Positions 37,552 through 45,498 of a stretch of 63,724 nucleotides of DNA are shown here, in pieces; the stretch's first letter is position 1; the number at the start of each line of letters is the position of its first letter. The stretch comes from Bacteroidota bacterium (GTDB lineage: Bacteria; Bacteroidota; Ignavibacteria; Kapaibacteriales; DASPKH01): the NCBI GenBank assembly GCA_040386315.1, contig JAZKFS010000030.1, positions 13,135 to 76,858 on the forward strand. Direction: 5' to 3'. Below the pieces are notes generated by a model that saw only the letters and a list, made by a program, of their open reading frames with translations, was not told the DNA's origin and made no database searches. A program made the translations under genes and the position numbers.

Positions 37552-38643
37552 ATGAAGAACGTAAAATTTGTTAGCACGTGTGAAGTGCAAAAGGGCTTCG
37601 CTGCTGCTGTCCGCCGGAATGTAAATAATTATTTTAAAGAGCAGGGGATTTCGCCAAAGGGAAATTCCACGATGGCTTTTAAAACGGTGGCGATGCTTTC
37701 GATGTATATCCTTCCTTTTTTGGCTCTTCTTTTTGTTCCGATGAATCCGTGGTTTGGCCTTCCGCTGGTGATGCTGATGGGAGTCGGCAGCGCGGGAATC
37801 GGCATGTCGGTAATGCACGATGCGGTTCATGGCTCATATTCTAACAATGAAAAATTAAATAGAAATCTTGGACGCACAATATACATGTTGGGAAATAGCG
37901 TTTTCACGTGGAGATTGCAACACAATGTTTTCCATCACGCGTACACGAATATTGATGGTTTTGACGACGACATCGCCGGTGCGAGAATCATGCGTCTGTC
38001 CGAGCACGCCCCGCTTTTAAAAATCCATCGCTTTCAACATATTCATGCGTTTTTCTTCTACGGATTTCTCACAATTGCGAAGTTTTTTAAAGATTTCGTG
38101 CAGCTGCGCCAATTTCAAAAATTGGGTGCAATTGAAAGCCGTGTGAGCGTGAAAAAAGAATATGCAAAAATGACAATTGTCAAAATCGTGTATTTTCTCT
38201 ACATCGTCGGTTTGCCGCTTTGGCTGACGGAATTTACGTGGTGGCAGGTCGCGATTGGTTTTTTCATGCTGCACTGGACTGCGGGATTTATTCTCAGCAC
38301 GATCTTCCAGATGGCGCATATTGTGGAAGGCGCGGAGCAATTCCAGGCGAATGAGCAGGGAATAATTGAAAAAGATTGGGCTGTACACGAGTTGCTTACG
38401 ACGGCAAATTTTGCGCGTAATAACCGATTTTTAAACTGGTATATAGGCGGGCTGAATTTTCAAATTGAACATCACCTTTTTCCAAAAATCTGTCACGTTC
38501 ATTATAGCAAAATTTCTCCAATCGTTGAAAAAACAGCGAAGGAATTTGGGATTCCGTATAATGTAAAACCAACGTTTTTAAAAGCATTTGCTTCGCATGT
38601 TCGGCGGTTGAAGGAATTGGGACGGACGCCGGCGATTGGGTAG
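37552..38643 (+). CDS. membrane fatty-acid desaturase (front-end-type histidine boxes)
   Basis: His boxes HDAVHGS, HNVFHHAYTN and QIEHHLFP (Q in the third box), with several TM segments. Start taken at ATG 37552. Confidence 0.85.
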   Translation: MKNVKFVSTCEVQKGFAAAVRRNVNNYFKEQGISPKGNSTMAFKTVAMLSMYILPFLALLFVPMNPWFGLPLVMLMGVGSAGIGMSVMHDAVHGSYSNNEKLNRNLGRTIYMLGNSVFTWRLQHNVFHHAYTNIDGFDDDIAGARIMRLSEHAPLLKIHRFQHIHAFFFYGFLTIAKFFKDFVQLRQFQKLGAIESRVSVKKEYAKMTIVKIVYFLYIVGLPLWLTEFTWWQVAIGFFMLHWTAGFILSTIFQMAHIVEGAEQFQANEQGIIEKDWAVHELLTTANFARNNRFLNWYIGGLNFQIEHHLFPKICHVHYSKISPIVEKTAKEFGIPYNVKPTFLKAFASHVRRLKELGRTPAIG

Positions 38644-38663
38644 AGGTTTTTAAAAGTTCTCAC

Positions 38664-38780
38664 GGCCACTCACACTGAGCTTGTCGAAGTGCGCGATAGC
38701 AGTTCGCGTTAGTTTTTAAAAAGGTCATTCTGTCAAAACACCTGTCGAAAAATTTCGTGCTTCGACTACGCTCAGCATGA
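38664..38780. repeat. palindromic intergenic element (CACTGAGCTTGTCGAAGTGCG ... CGTGCTTCGACTACGCTCAGCATG)
   Basis: Imperfect inverted arms read directly. A different arm family from the GTCATTCC elements. Confidence 0.75.
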
Positions 38781-38863
38781 AATTTTAAAAAGAGATTTTA
38801 AAAAATAGAAGTTTTAAAACCTTTTTTTATTTGCCCGGACAAGCCTTGTCACCCCACCTGCCG

Positions 38864-38871
38864 TATATTTG
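38864..38871 (+). promoter_or_regulatory. possible Bacteroidota-type -7 promoter element (TATATTTG = TAnnTTTG)
   Basis: Exact match to the TAnnTTTG consensus, 25 nt upstream of ATG 38897. The -33 TTG spacing is not convincing. Confidence 0.3.
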
Positions 38872-38896
38872 AAAAGATTATCTTTTAAAAAAAATC

Positions 38897-39178
38897 ATGA
38901 TAAATGAAGGCCCGCCAAAGAAAATCATCCGGCGCGAAACGCAGACGTACATTCCCGGTAAAGTTTTAATGCGCACGCAAAATACTGCGGAATTTGTCGG
39001 GCTTTTAAAAGAACTCGGTTTTGACGGAGAGCTGGAGCTGGAATATTTGCAGGTGTATTATCACAAATTATATCTTTTTACAAATCCACTTCGCACTTCT
39101 GATTACGAATTTGATTATTTTGACGGCTGGTATTATGTGAAGCAGTTGGAGAAAAGGATAGTCGAATACGAATATTAA
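38897..39178 (+). CDS. hypothetical small protein preceding the WYL regulator
   Basis: 93-aa ORF ending 15 nt before the WYL gene. No family recognised. Confidence 0.5.
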   Translation: MINEGPPKKIIRRETQTYIPGKVLMRTQNTAEFVGLLKELGFDGELELEYLQVYYHKLYLFTNPLRTSDYEFDYFDGWYYVKQLEKRIVEYEY

Positions 39179-39193
39179 CTTTTTAAAAATCCC

Positions 39194-40174
39194 ATGAACG
39201 AAACGCAATCCATTTATCGCCCGGAGCTTCACCGCTTGTTCGTGCTTCTCGGCAAACTGCGCCGTAAGGAAAAATTCACGGCAGATTCGCTTGCAGATGA
39301 GTTGCAGGTGAGCGAACGCACGATACGGCGAGACATCAATTACCTGCGTGATATGCTGCAATCTCCGATAGAATTTGACCGCTGGAAACGTTCGTTTGTG
39401 CTGCATGGCGATATCGCGGATTTCCCGATGCTGCAAGTGAGCACGGGCGAAATGCTTTCGCTCTATCTTGGTCAGGCGGCGCTCCAGTCGTTTGGTGCGG
39501 GGCCTCATGCGGAATATCTTGCAGCGGCAATTCAAAAGCTCACTGCTCAGCTCCCGCAACAAATGACCGTCGGACTGGATACGCTCAGCCAGAGCATTTC
39601 CCTTCATGCCGAGCCATTGACTGCCGTTTCAGGTGAGGTCTTTAAAACTCTTGCCGAGGCGTGGCATCTGCGGCGAACAGTTGAGATGCGCTACCGCAAA
39701 AGCGACAGCCCGACGGCTGAACTGCGCCGCGTACAGCCGTATTATCTCTATCACAACGCCGGGCGCTGGTATCTTTTCGGCTACTGTTTAAAAAGCGGGG
39801 AAATCAAGACATTTCGCCTCGACAGGATGGAAGCCGTAACGATGACCTCCGACACGTTTCCTGAGCCCGATTTCGACGTTCACGCCTTTTTAAAAAACTC
39901 CTTTGGCATCTACAACGGCGGTGAGCCAAGTGATATAAAAATCCGCTTTATGGCATACGGCGCGCAGCTCGCCCGCGAAAAGCAATGGCACCCGACGCAG
40001 CTTTTAAAAGAACTGCCCGACGGCGAAGTGGAAATGCAGCTCAACGTGGTGATAAGCTCCGACCTCTACCGCTGGATACAGAGTTTCGGCGCAGAAGCCG
40101 AAGTGCTCCAGCCGCCCGAAGCCCGCGAGGAATTACGCCGCGTAGCGAGGATTATGAATGAGATGTACGGTTAG
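39194..40174 (+). CDS. WYL-domain transcriptional regulator (HTH-WYL-WCX architecture)
   Basis: 326 aa. The N-terminal HTH is FTADSLADELQVSERTIRRDINYLRD. The WYL core is RVQPYYLYHNAGRWYLFGYCLKSGEIKTFRLDRM. The C-terminal region is WCX-like. Confidence 0.88.
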   Translation: MNETQSIYRPELHRLFVLLGKLRRKEKFTADSLADELQVSERTIRRDINYLRDMLQSPIEFDRWKRSFVLHGDIADFPMLQVSTGEMLSLYLGQAALQSFGAGPHAEYLAAAIQKLTAQLPQQMTVGLDTLSQSISLHAEPLTAVSGEVFKTLAEAWHLRRTVEMRYRKSDSPTAELRRVQPYYLYHNAGRWYLFGYCLKSGEIKTFRLDRMEAVTMTSDTFPEPDFDVHAFLKNSFGIYNGGEPSDIKIRFMAYGAQLAREKQWHPTQLLKELPDGEVEMQLNVVISSDLYRWIQSFGAEAEVLQPPEAREELRRVARIMNEMYG

Positions 40175-40248
40175 GTTTTTAAAAGGGGTTTTGGTAAGTT
40201 GTGGGAGAATTTTGTTTTAAAAACTTTTTTAAAAATTGGGGTGTGAAG

Positions 40249-40983
40249 ATGAAAGTGGTTTTATTAAGAGTTGGAGTAGATTCATCCTTCGGTGAAAGTC
40301 ATGGGCCATTATTTAAAGATAATAAATTTGAATTTATTCCTATCCCAGATCCTTATAATATTGGTTCTAGAAAATATGGAAATACATCCTCTGCATCTAA
40401 TAAATCTAAAAATTTAATCGACTATTTCCCTACGTCAAAAATGAAAGATAAATCTATTCATTGGGACCCGGAATTTGAAACGAAAACTTATGGAGAGCCT
40501 AATCCTCATAGAAGAAGATTAAGAGAATTAGAGGCTGGTGATATTCTAGGATTTTATTCAGGACTCCAAAGTTTTAAAGATAAATATGATTCTAAAGGAA
40601 ACCCAGAACTCTATTTGATAGGATACTTTGAAGTGGAAAAGGTTTGGATGAAGGAAAGAGATAAACTTCCCGATGATTCGATTATGAATAATTTCCATAT
40701 AAAATATATGGATGAATTAAACAAAGAAAACAAGGAAAAGAAGCTAATAGTGATAAAAGGGACAGCTAAAAGTAGGCTCTACAAGCAAGCTTATCAAATT
40801 AGCCGGAAAGTAAGTTGTTTAGATAAAAATAAAAAGCTTTATACTGATTACCGCTTAACTTATGAAATGGAAAAGGTTTTTGGACAACTCACTGGAAAAG
40901 GCTCAATTAAACGAAGTAGTGCTAGATTAATTAATGAAAATTTTGTTGATACGGCAGCGCGTTTTCTGAAAAGTTTAAATTAA
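40249..40983 (+). CDS. hypothetical protein A of the WYL-linked cassette (AT-rich; possible PUA-like barrel)
   Basis: 244 aa from ATG 40249. Conspicuously low G+C with no TTTTAAAA. LRVGVDSSFGESHGPLF..FEFIPIPD and AGDILGFYSG...LYLIGYFEVEKV only loosely resemble EVE/ASCH-type patterns. Confidence 0.6.
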   Translation: MKVVLLRVGVDSSFGESHGPLFKDNKFEFIPIPDPYNIGSRKYGNTSSASNKSKNLIDYFPTSKMKDKSIHWDPEFETKTYGEPNPHRRRLRELEAGDILGFYSGLQSFKDKYDSKGNPELYLIGYFEVEKVWMKERDKLPDDSIMNNFHIKYMDELNKENKEKKLIVIKGTAKSRLYKQAYQISRKVSCLDKNKKLYTDYRLTYEMEKVFGQLTGKGSIKRSSARLINENFVDTAARFLKSLN

Positions 40984-40990
40984 GAACCCT

Positions 40991-41880
40991 ATGTCAATCT
41001 GCAACATCTGTAATCAGGAAATGCTCACTGCCAGTTCCTGCGAAAACAAAACGGTCTTAGGGCTTGATGCTATTCGTTTCGGCGATGAGCGCGATGTGTT
41101 TATTGAGGGGCGGCAAGTTGCAATGAAGCCGGTGCCGACCGAGAAGTGCCGTGATTGCGGTGTGTCGCAAGGCGGCTATCATCATCGCGGCTGCTGTGTG
41201 GAGCAATGTCCTAATTGTTGGGAGCAGGTTTTTTGTTGCGGCTGTTTGGATGCCGAAATGCTTCTTTCACTATCATTTGAAGACTTTGTAGATAACTTCG
41301 ACTATGAAGGCGCAATTATCCTGCTCGAAGGCAAGCGCGACGTTTTGCCGGAGCTACAGGAAAAGCTGACCGCGCTTGGCGCAAAGCTCTGCCGCGAAAC
41401 GAAGCACGCACGGTTCAGGAGTGGTAATGCTTCCGGTGCTGACGAGTTCTTTTCTAAAGGTGTTGCAAGCGTTGATGCGGGCCGGCTGGAAGTCATTACG
41501 CCATTTGACAATCATCGGAAGGCGAAAAATGCTGCGCACACAACCTATTCGCTTGATGCAATTGATTTAGTACATGAACCCGAAGTAGTGTACCAGACAA
41601 GGGCGAATAAAAAAATCGAAAAACTTGTAGATTCGTACGTGCAGGGAATTAACAATAAATTAACAATAAAGTAACGATAAAAGCTGCGTATCTGCTGCGC
41701 GATACGGTAAAAGTAATCGGCGCTCAAAGTAGTGGAATTCCGAGCACAGACTTTGCAATTTTCTACGACGACCTTTCTGCTCCGCGTCAAGGCGGAACCG
41801 GCCATACAATGGGAATTTGTGATGCCAATAACGTTCCGTTTGTCAATCAGGAAGTCTGGTTGAAGTGGCTGGAAGATTGA
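40991..41880 (+). pseudogene. Cys-rich zinc-ribbon + SLOG (Smf/DprA-LOG-like) protein, frameshifted by an 11-bp tandem duplication
   Basis: The ORF 40991-41674 has CxxC pairs (CNIC, CRDC, CPNC, CCGC) and RSGNASGADEFF. After the duplication the +2 frame continues open to TGA 41878-41880. It encodes ...AAYLLRDTVKVIG...PRQGGTGHTMGIC...VPFVN, the second SLOG glycine loop. Confidence 0.7.
41649..41670 (+). repeat. perfect 11-bp tandem duplication TTAACAATAAA x2
   Basis: 41649-41659 and 41660-41670 are identical. Deleting one copy fuses the two reading frames into a 292-aa ORF. Confidence 0.95.
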
Positions 41881-41919
41881 TTGCTAAAGTACAAGACATA
41901 AAGATTTTAAAGTTTGCTC

Positions 41920-43557
41920 ATGAAGCTCACAGGCAATACCATTCTCATTCCTGATGCAAATTCTCCGCTCATGGTCGAGCTTGTGAAGCGGCTGTATGCG
42001 TTTGGCAATACGCTTGTTATCGGAAGCCATAGTCCTGAAGATATTCGCAAAGCGTGCCGTCCGAAAATTGCCGGGAGCAAAGTTTTTAAAAAGGAATTCG
42101 ATAAATATTCCAGCCGGGATCGCGAAAAATTTGTGCAATGGGCTTTAAAAACTCATCCTGATATAAACGGTGCTTTTCTGCTTCCGTGGGGTTTTAAAAC
42201 GGACGCGCAGTTCCATCGTCCCGTGGCCCATTGGATGATTGGGCCGCAGCTGTCGGATACCATTGTCCAGCCGCTTCACTTTACGGGATTGCTCGCCGCG
42301 CATCTGGCTTCAAAAAAGGAAAGTTTTATCGCGTTTTTCTCCGGCAAACCTTTTTCCGAACAGCCGCTTGTTGATGCGGCACACGCGGCGATTCACGCAT
42401 TTGCCGCATCGGCACGTTCGCAGCTTGAGGATACTTCTGTCCGGCTTTTTGAATTTGAATATCTCCAGAACAATGACGGCGCGGAAGCATATAAGGGCGA
42501 TGAGCTGAAAAAATTTTGCGCTAACGTGCTTCACGCCTTACAGCAAAATTCCTTTAAAAATCCCGTACATCCGCACAATGACATGCAAGCTCCTAATGGA
42601 AATGACTATCGCTTTACAACACTTCATTCCGTTCCAAAAGCAATACTCTTCGGCGTGGCTATCGGCGACGCGCTCGGCGTTCCTGTTGAATTTTTAAGCC
42701 GAGAAGAGCTTTTAAAAAATCCCATTACCGGAATGTGCGGCTACGGCACGCACAGCCAGCCGCCAGGCACGTGGTCGGACGATAGCTCGCTTACATTTTG
42801 CCTTGCGGAAAGTCTGCTGAAAGGCTATGATGTAAAGTCAATGGCGGGAAATTTCCTGATGTGGCTGCATTACGCCTCGTGGACGGCGCATGATGAAGTT
42901 TTCGACGTTGGCATTACGACGCAGGGCGCTTTGCAGAATCTTGCTGATGGCGCAGAACCCACAATGTCGGGACTCGCAGACGAAAATAGCAACGGCAATG
43001 GTTCGCTTATGCGGATTTCGCCGCTGCTGCTGGAAATTCACGACAAGCCGATTAAAGAACGCTTTTTAAAAACGCGGGAAGTTTCGTTCATCACGCACCG
43101 GCATATCCGCTCGGTGATTTCGTGTTTTATGTACCTGGAATTTGCGCGGGAGATCCTTTTAAAAAAGAATAAATTTACGGCCTTTAAAAAGGTGCAAAAA
43201 TCCGTTCCTGAGTTTTTAAAAAATGAGAATATTGATAAAAGGGAAATTGCAATTTTCGACCGCGTTTTAAAAGGCGATATTTCAGAATTGCCGGAAAGCG
43301 AGATTAAAAGCAGCGGCTACGTCGTTCATACGCTGGAAGCAAGTATTTGGTGCTTTTTAAAAACGGATTCGTACAAAAGCGCGGTTTTAAAAGCGGTGAA
43401 TCTTGGCGATGACACGGATACAACGGGCGCGGTAACCGGCGGACTGGCAGGGCTGTATTACGGCGTGGAAGAGCCATTGGATGATCCAGAATGGCGGATT
43501 GCGCAGCACGAAAGAATTGAAGCTCTTGCTGAAAAGCTTCAAGAAAAATATTTTTAA
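41920..43557 (+). CDS. degenerate Rossmann (SDR-like) N-terminal domain fused to ADP-ribosylglycohydrolase (ARH/DraG family)
   Basis: The C-terminal half has FGVAIGDALGVPVEF, WSDDSSLT, GNGSLMRISP and GDDTDTTGAVTGGLAG (ARH metal-binding motifs). The N-terminal about 230 aa has an SDR-like beta-alpha pattern but lacks GxxxGxG and YxxxK. Confidence 0.85.
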   Translation: MKLTGNTILIPDANSPLMVELVKRLYAFGNTLVIGSHSPEDIRKACRPKIAGSKVFKKEFDKYSSRDREKFVQWALKTHPDINGAFLLPWGFKTDAQFHRPVAHWMIGPQLSDTIVQPLHFTGLLAAHLASKKESFIAFFSGKPFSEQPLVDAAHAAIHAFAASARSQLEDTSVRLFEFEYLQNNDGAEAYKGDELKKFCANVLHALQQNSFKNPVHPHNDMQAPNGNDYRFTTLHSVPKAILFGVAIGDALGVPVEFLSREELLKNPITGMCGYGTHSQPPGTWSDDSSLTFCLAESLLKGYDVKSMAGNFLMWLHYASWTAHDEVFDVGITTQGALQNLADGAEPTMSGLADENSNGNGSLMRISPLLLEIHDKPIKERFLKTREVSFITHRHIRSVISCFMYLEFAREILLKKNKFTAFKKVQKSVPEFLKNENIDKREIAIFDRVLKGDISELPESEIKSSGYVVHTLEASIWCFLKTDSYKSAVLKAVNLGDDTDTTGAVTGGLAGLYYGVEEPLDDPEWRIAQHERIEALAEKLQEKYF

Positions 43558-43573
43558 ATTCGGGTTTTAAAAT

Positions 43574-43666
43574 TGTCATTGCGAGCGGAGCGTGGTAATC
43601 GCGAATACTTCGGACGCGTCATTCTGTATTTGCGATTGCCACGTCGGAAGACCTCCTCGCAATGAC
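43574..43666. repeat. palindromic intergenic element (TGTCATTGCGAGCGGAGCGTGGTAATCGCGAA ... TTGCGATTGCCACGTCGGAAGACCTCCTCGCAATGAC)
   Basis: Inverted arms with a central CGGACGCGTCA core. Confidence 0.85.
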
Positions 43667-43905
43667 GAAATATAAATTAAGGTTTTAAAAGCTGCATCTT
43701 TTAAAACCTTTTTTTCTGCCAAAATTGCTTTTTAGGCCTGACAGTTTTTCAAAGTCCTGCCACGGCTTGCGCCAATATTTCCGAAAAATGCTTTTAAAAA
43801 GCTGAAAAACGAGTTTGGCACACTTCTGCTATAAAGATTCTTCGACACTTTACACCGTCAAAAAAAGTAACAGTTTTTAAAAGATTTTTATCAGGAGTTT
43901 TAAAA

Positions 43906-44382
43906 ATGCCACAGGTAAAATTTGATGTTCCGTTCAACATTCCGGTTGAAGTGGAAAATGTTCTCCGCCAGGTGAATAATTTCATCGGCGAATTTGAGAA
44001 AGGCGGACGCCATAATGTTCATCACGAAGCAAAGGTTTCAAAACCGGTTGAAAAATCTGATTTTTCGCCGCGCGTGGATATTGCTGAAGATGAGAATAAT
44101 TATTATGTTTTTGCCGAACTTCCGGGAACCGCGAAAGAGGAAATTAAAGTTTCCGTTAGCGAGGAAAGAATTTTAACAATCAAAGGCACGAAAAGAGTTT
44201 ACGATACTGTCGAAGGCCGTAAATTTATTCGCACAGAAAGCCGCCGCGGTGAATTTTCTCGCGCAATCCAGCTTCAGGATGATATTAAATTAGATTCGAT
44301 TGAAGCAAGATTTGAAAATGGAATTCTGGAATTGGTTCTGCCGAAAGCTGAATTGAAAGAAGTTCATGTAGAAATTAAATAA
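43906..44382 (+). CDS. Hsp20/alpha-crystallin small heat-shock protein
   Basis: 158 aa. Contains PRVDIAEDENNYYVFAELPG, RGEFSR and ARFENGILELVLPK. Confidence 0.92.
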   Translation: MPQVKFDVPFNIPVEVENVLRQVNNFIGEFEKGGRHNVHHEAKVSKPVEKSDFSPRVDIAEDENNYYVFAELPGTAKEEIKVSVSEERILTIKGTKRVYDTVEGRKFIRTESRRGEFSRAIQLQDDIKLDSIEARFENGILELVLPKAELKEVHVEIK

Positions 44383-44393
44383 GCAACAGAATG

Positions 44394-44484
44394 GTCATTC
44401 CCGCAAGCGATAGCGCGTCGGGAATCTTTCTTCTGACGCGAACTTTTGACGATTAGGAAAGATTCCGGACAAGCCGGAATGACA
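44394..44484. repeat. palindromic intergenic element, near-copy of 9014-9115
   Basis: Reads GTCATTCCCGCAAGCGATAGCGCGTCGGGAATCTTTCTTCTGACGCG...GGAAAGATTCCGGACAAGCCGGAATGACA. Confidence 0.9.
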
Positions 44485-44550
44485 GAGTGTTTCATTGTTC
44501 TTTTACATTTTACGTTTTTTTTAATCATCATTTTTAAAGGGAGGTGTGAT

Positions 44551-45123
44551 ATGTCACTCATGAAGTATGACCCACTCCGCGAATTTGATGCGATTTCGCG
44601 GGGATTTGACAGCTTTTTTAATCAATTGCGCCCGACATTTGAAGCGGGGCTGACGCAGCAAATGTATTCACCGAAAGTGGATATTCATCAGGACGACAAG
44701 AATATTTACATCGAGGCCGAACTGCCTGGCATGAAGCCCGAAGATGTGAAAATTTCGATTAATGAAGATAAATTCCTCGTAATAAAAGGCGAAAAACGCA
44801 GTGAGCGCCGTTGGGGAAATGATGCTGATGAGAATTCAAATAACAGCACTGAAAATAAGAACAGCAGCAACGGCAAAGAGTCGAAAAGTAAAGGTGAAAA
44901 AAGCGCAGAAATAGAAAGCAGAAATGGCGGAAGTGTGATGCGCGCTGAACGCCAGCCGCTTCGTATTGAGCGCTCTTACGGAAGCTTTACACGTACATTC
45001 ACGTTGCCGGAAACTGCCGACACCGGGAATATTGATGCCAAATTTGAAAACGGCGTTCTCGAAATTACGGTTCCGAAAAAAGAACCGGCAAAGCCACGTC
45101 AGATTGATGTGAATATTAAGTAA
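44551..45123 (+). CDS. Hsp20/alpha-crystallin small heat-shock protein with Asn/Ser/Lys-rich insert
   Basis: ATG 44551, preceded by AAAGGGAGG. Contains PKVDIHQDDKNIYIEAELPG, YGSFTR and AKFENGVLEITVPK. The about 45-aa low-complexity insert is NDADENSNNSTENKNSSNGKESKSKGEK. The tracked upstream extension crosses the repeat. Confidence 0.88.
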   Translation: MSLMKYDPLREFDAISRGFDSFFNQLRPTFEAGLTQQMYSPKVDIHQDDKNIYIEAELPGMKPEDVKISINEDKFLVIKGEKRSERRWGNDADENSNNSTENKNSSNGKESKSKGEKSAEIESRNGGSVMRAERQPLRIERSYGSFTRTFTLPETADTGNIDAKFENGVLEITVPKKEPAKPRQIDVNIK

Positions 45124-45137
45124 GTGATTTTTAAAAA

Positions 45138-45175
45138 CAGGGCGGATTTTTTAAAAGATTCGCCCTGAGTTTTTA
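45138..45175 (+). terminator. intrinsic terminator after the second hsp20
   Basis: Stem CAGGGCG (45138-45144) pairs with CGCCCTG (45161-45167). The loop contains TTTTTTAAAA and a T-run follows. Confidence 0.7.
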
Positions 45176-45194
45176 AAAGTTTTCTTTTTAAAAG

Positions 45195-45314
45195 TCCCCT
45201 CTCGGGAGGGGTGGCCGCAGGCCAGGGTGGGTTCTGCGTTTGAAGTTGCCCAAGAGCGAATGTTCTTTTGACGCGAACCCACCCCGCCCGATGGGCACCC
45301 CTCCGAGGAGGGGA
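45195..45314. repeat. palindromic intergenic element, relative of 31844-31965
   Basis: Reads TCCCCTCTCGGGAGGGGTGGCCGCAGGCCAGGGTGGGT ... TTTTGACGCGAACCCACCCCGCCCGATGGGCACCCCTCCGAGGAGGGGA. Confidence 0.9.
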
Positions 45315-45498
45315 TTTTTAAAAACTACTTTTAAAAAAGCCCAATGCTGATGGCTCAAAGCTCACAGCTAAATTTTAAAAACCCTGTTTAAAATTATTTT
45401 CTGCTATTTTTGCAGCTCTTAATTCTGAACAGGCAGAAAAATTTTAAAAACAAAAACAACAAACCTATTTTTAAAACAATTTACATTGGGAAAGGAAA

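Noticed and set aside
43816-43830. A sigma-54-like promoter, TGGCACACTTCTGCT, upstream of the first hsp20.
   Set aside because: The GG and GC dinucleotides are separated by 9 nt instead of the canonical 10. No enhancer-binding-protein gene is nearby. This is probably chance.
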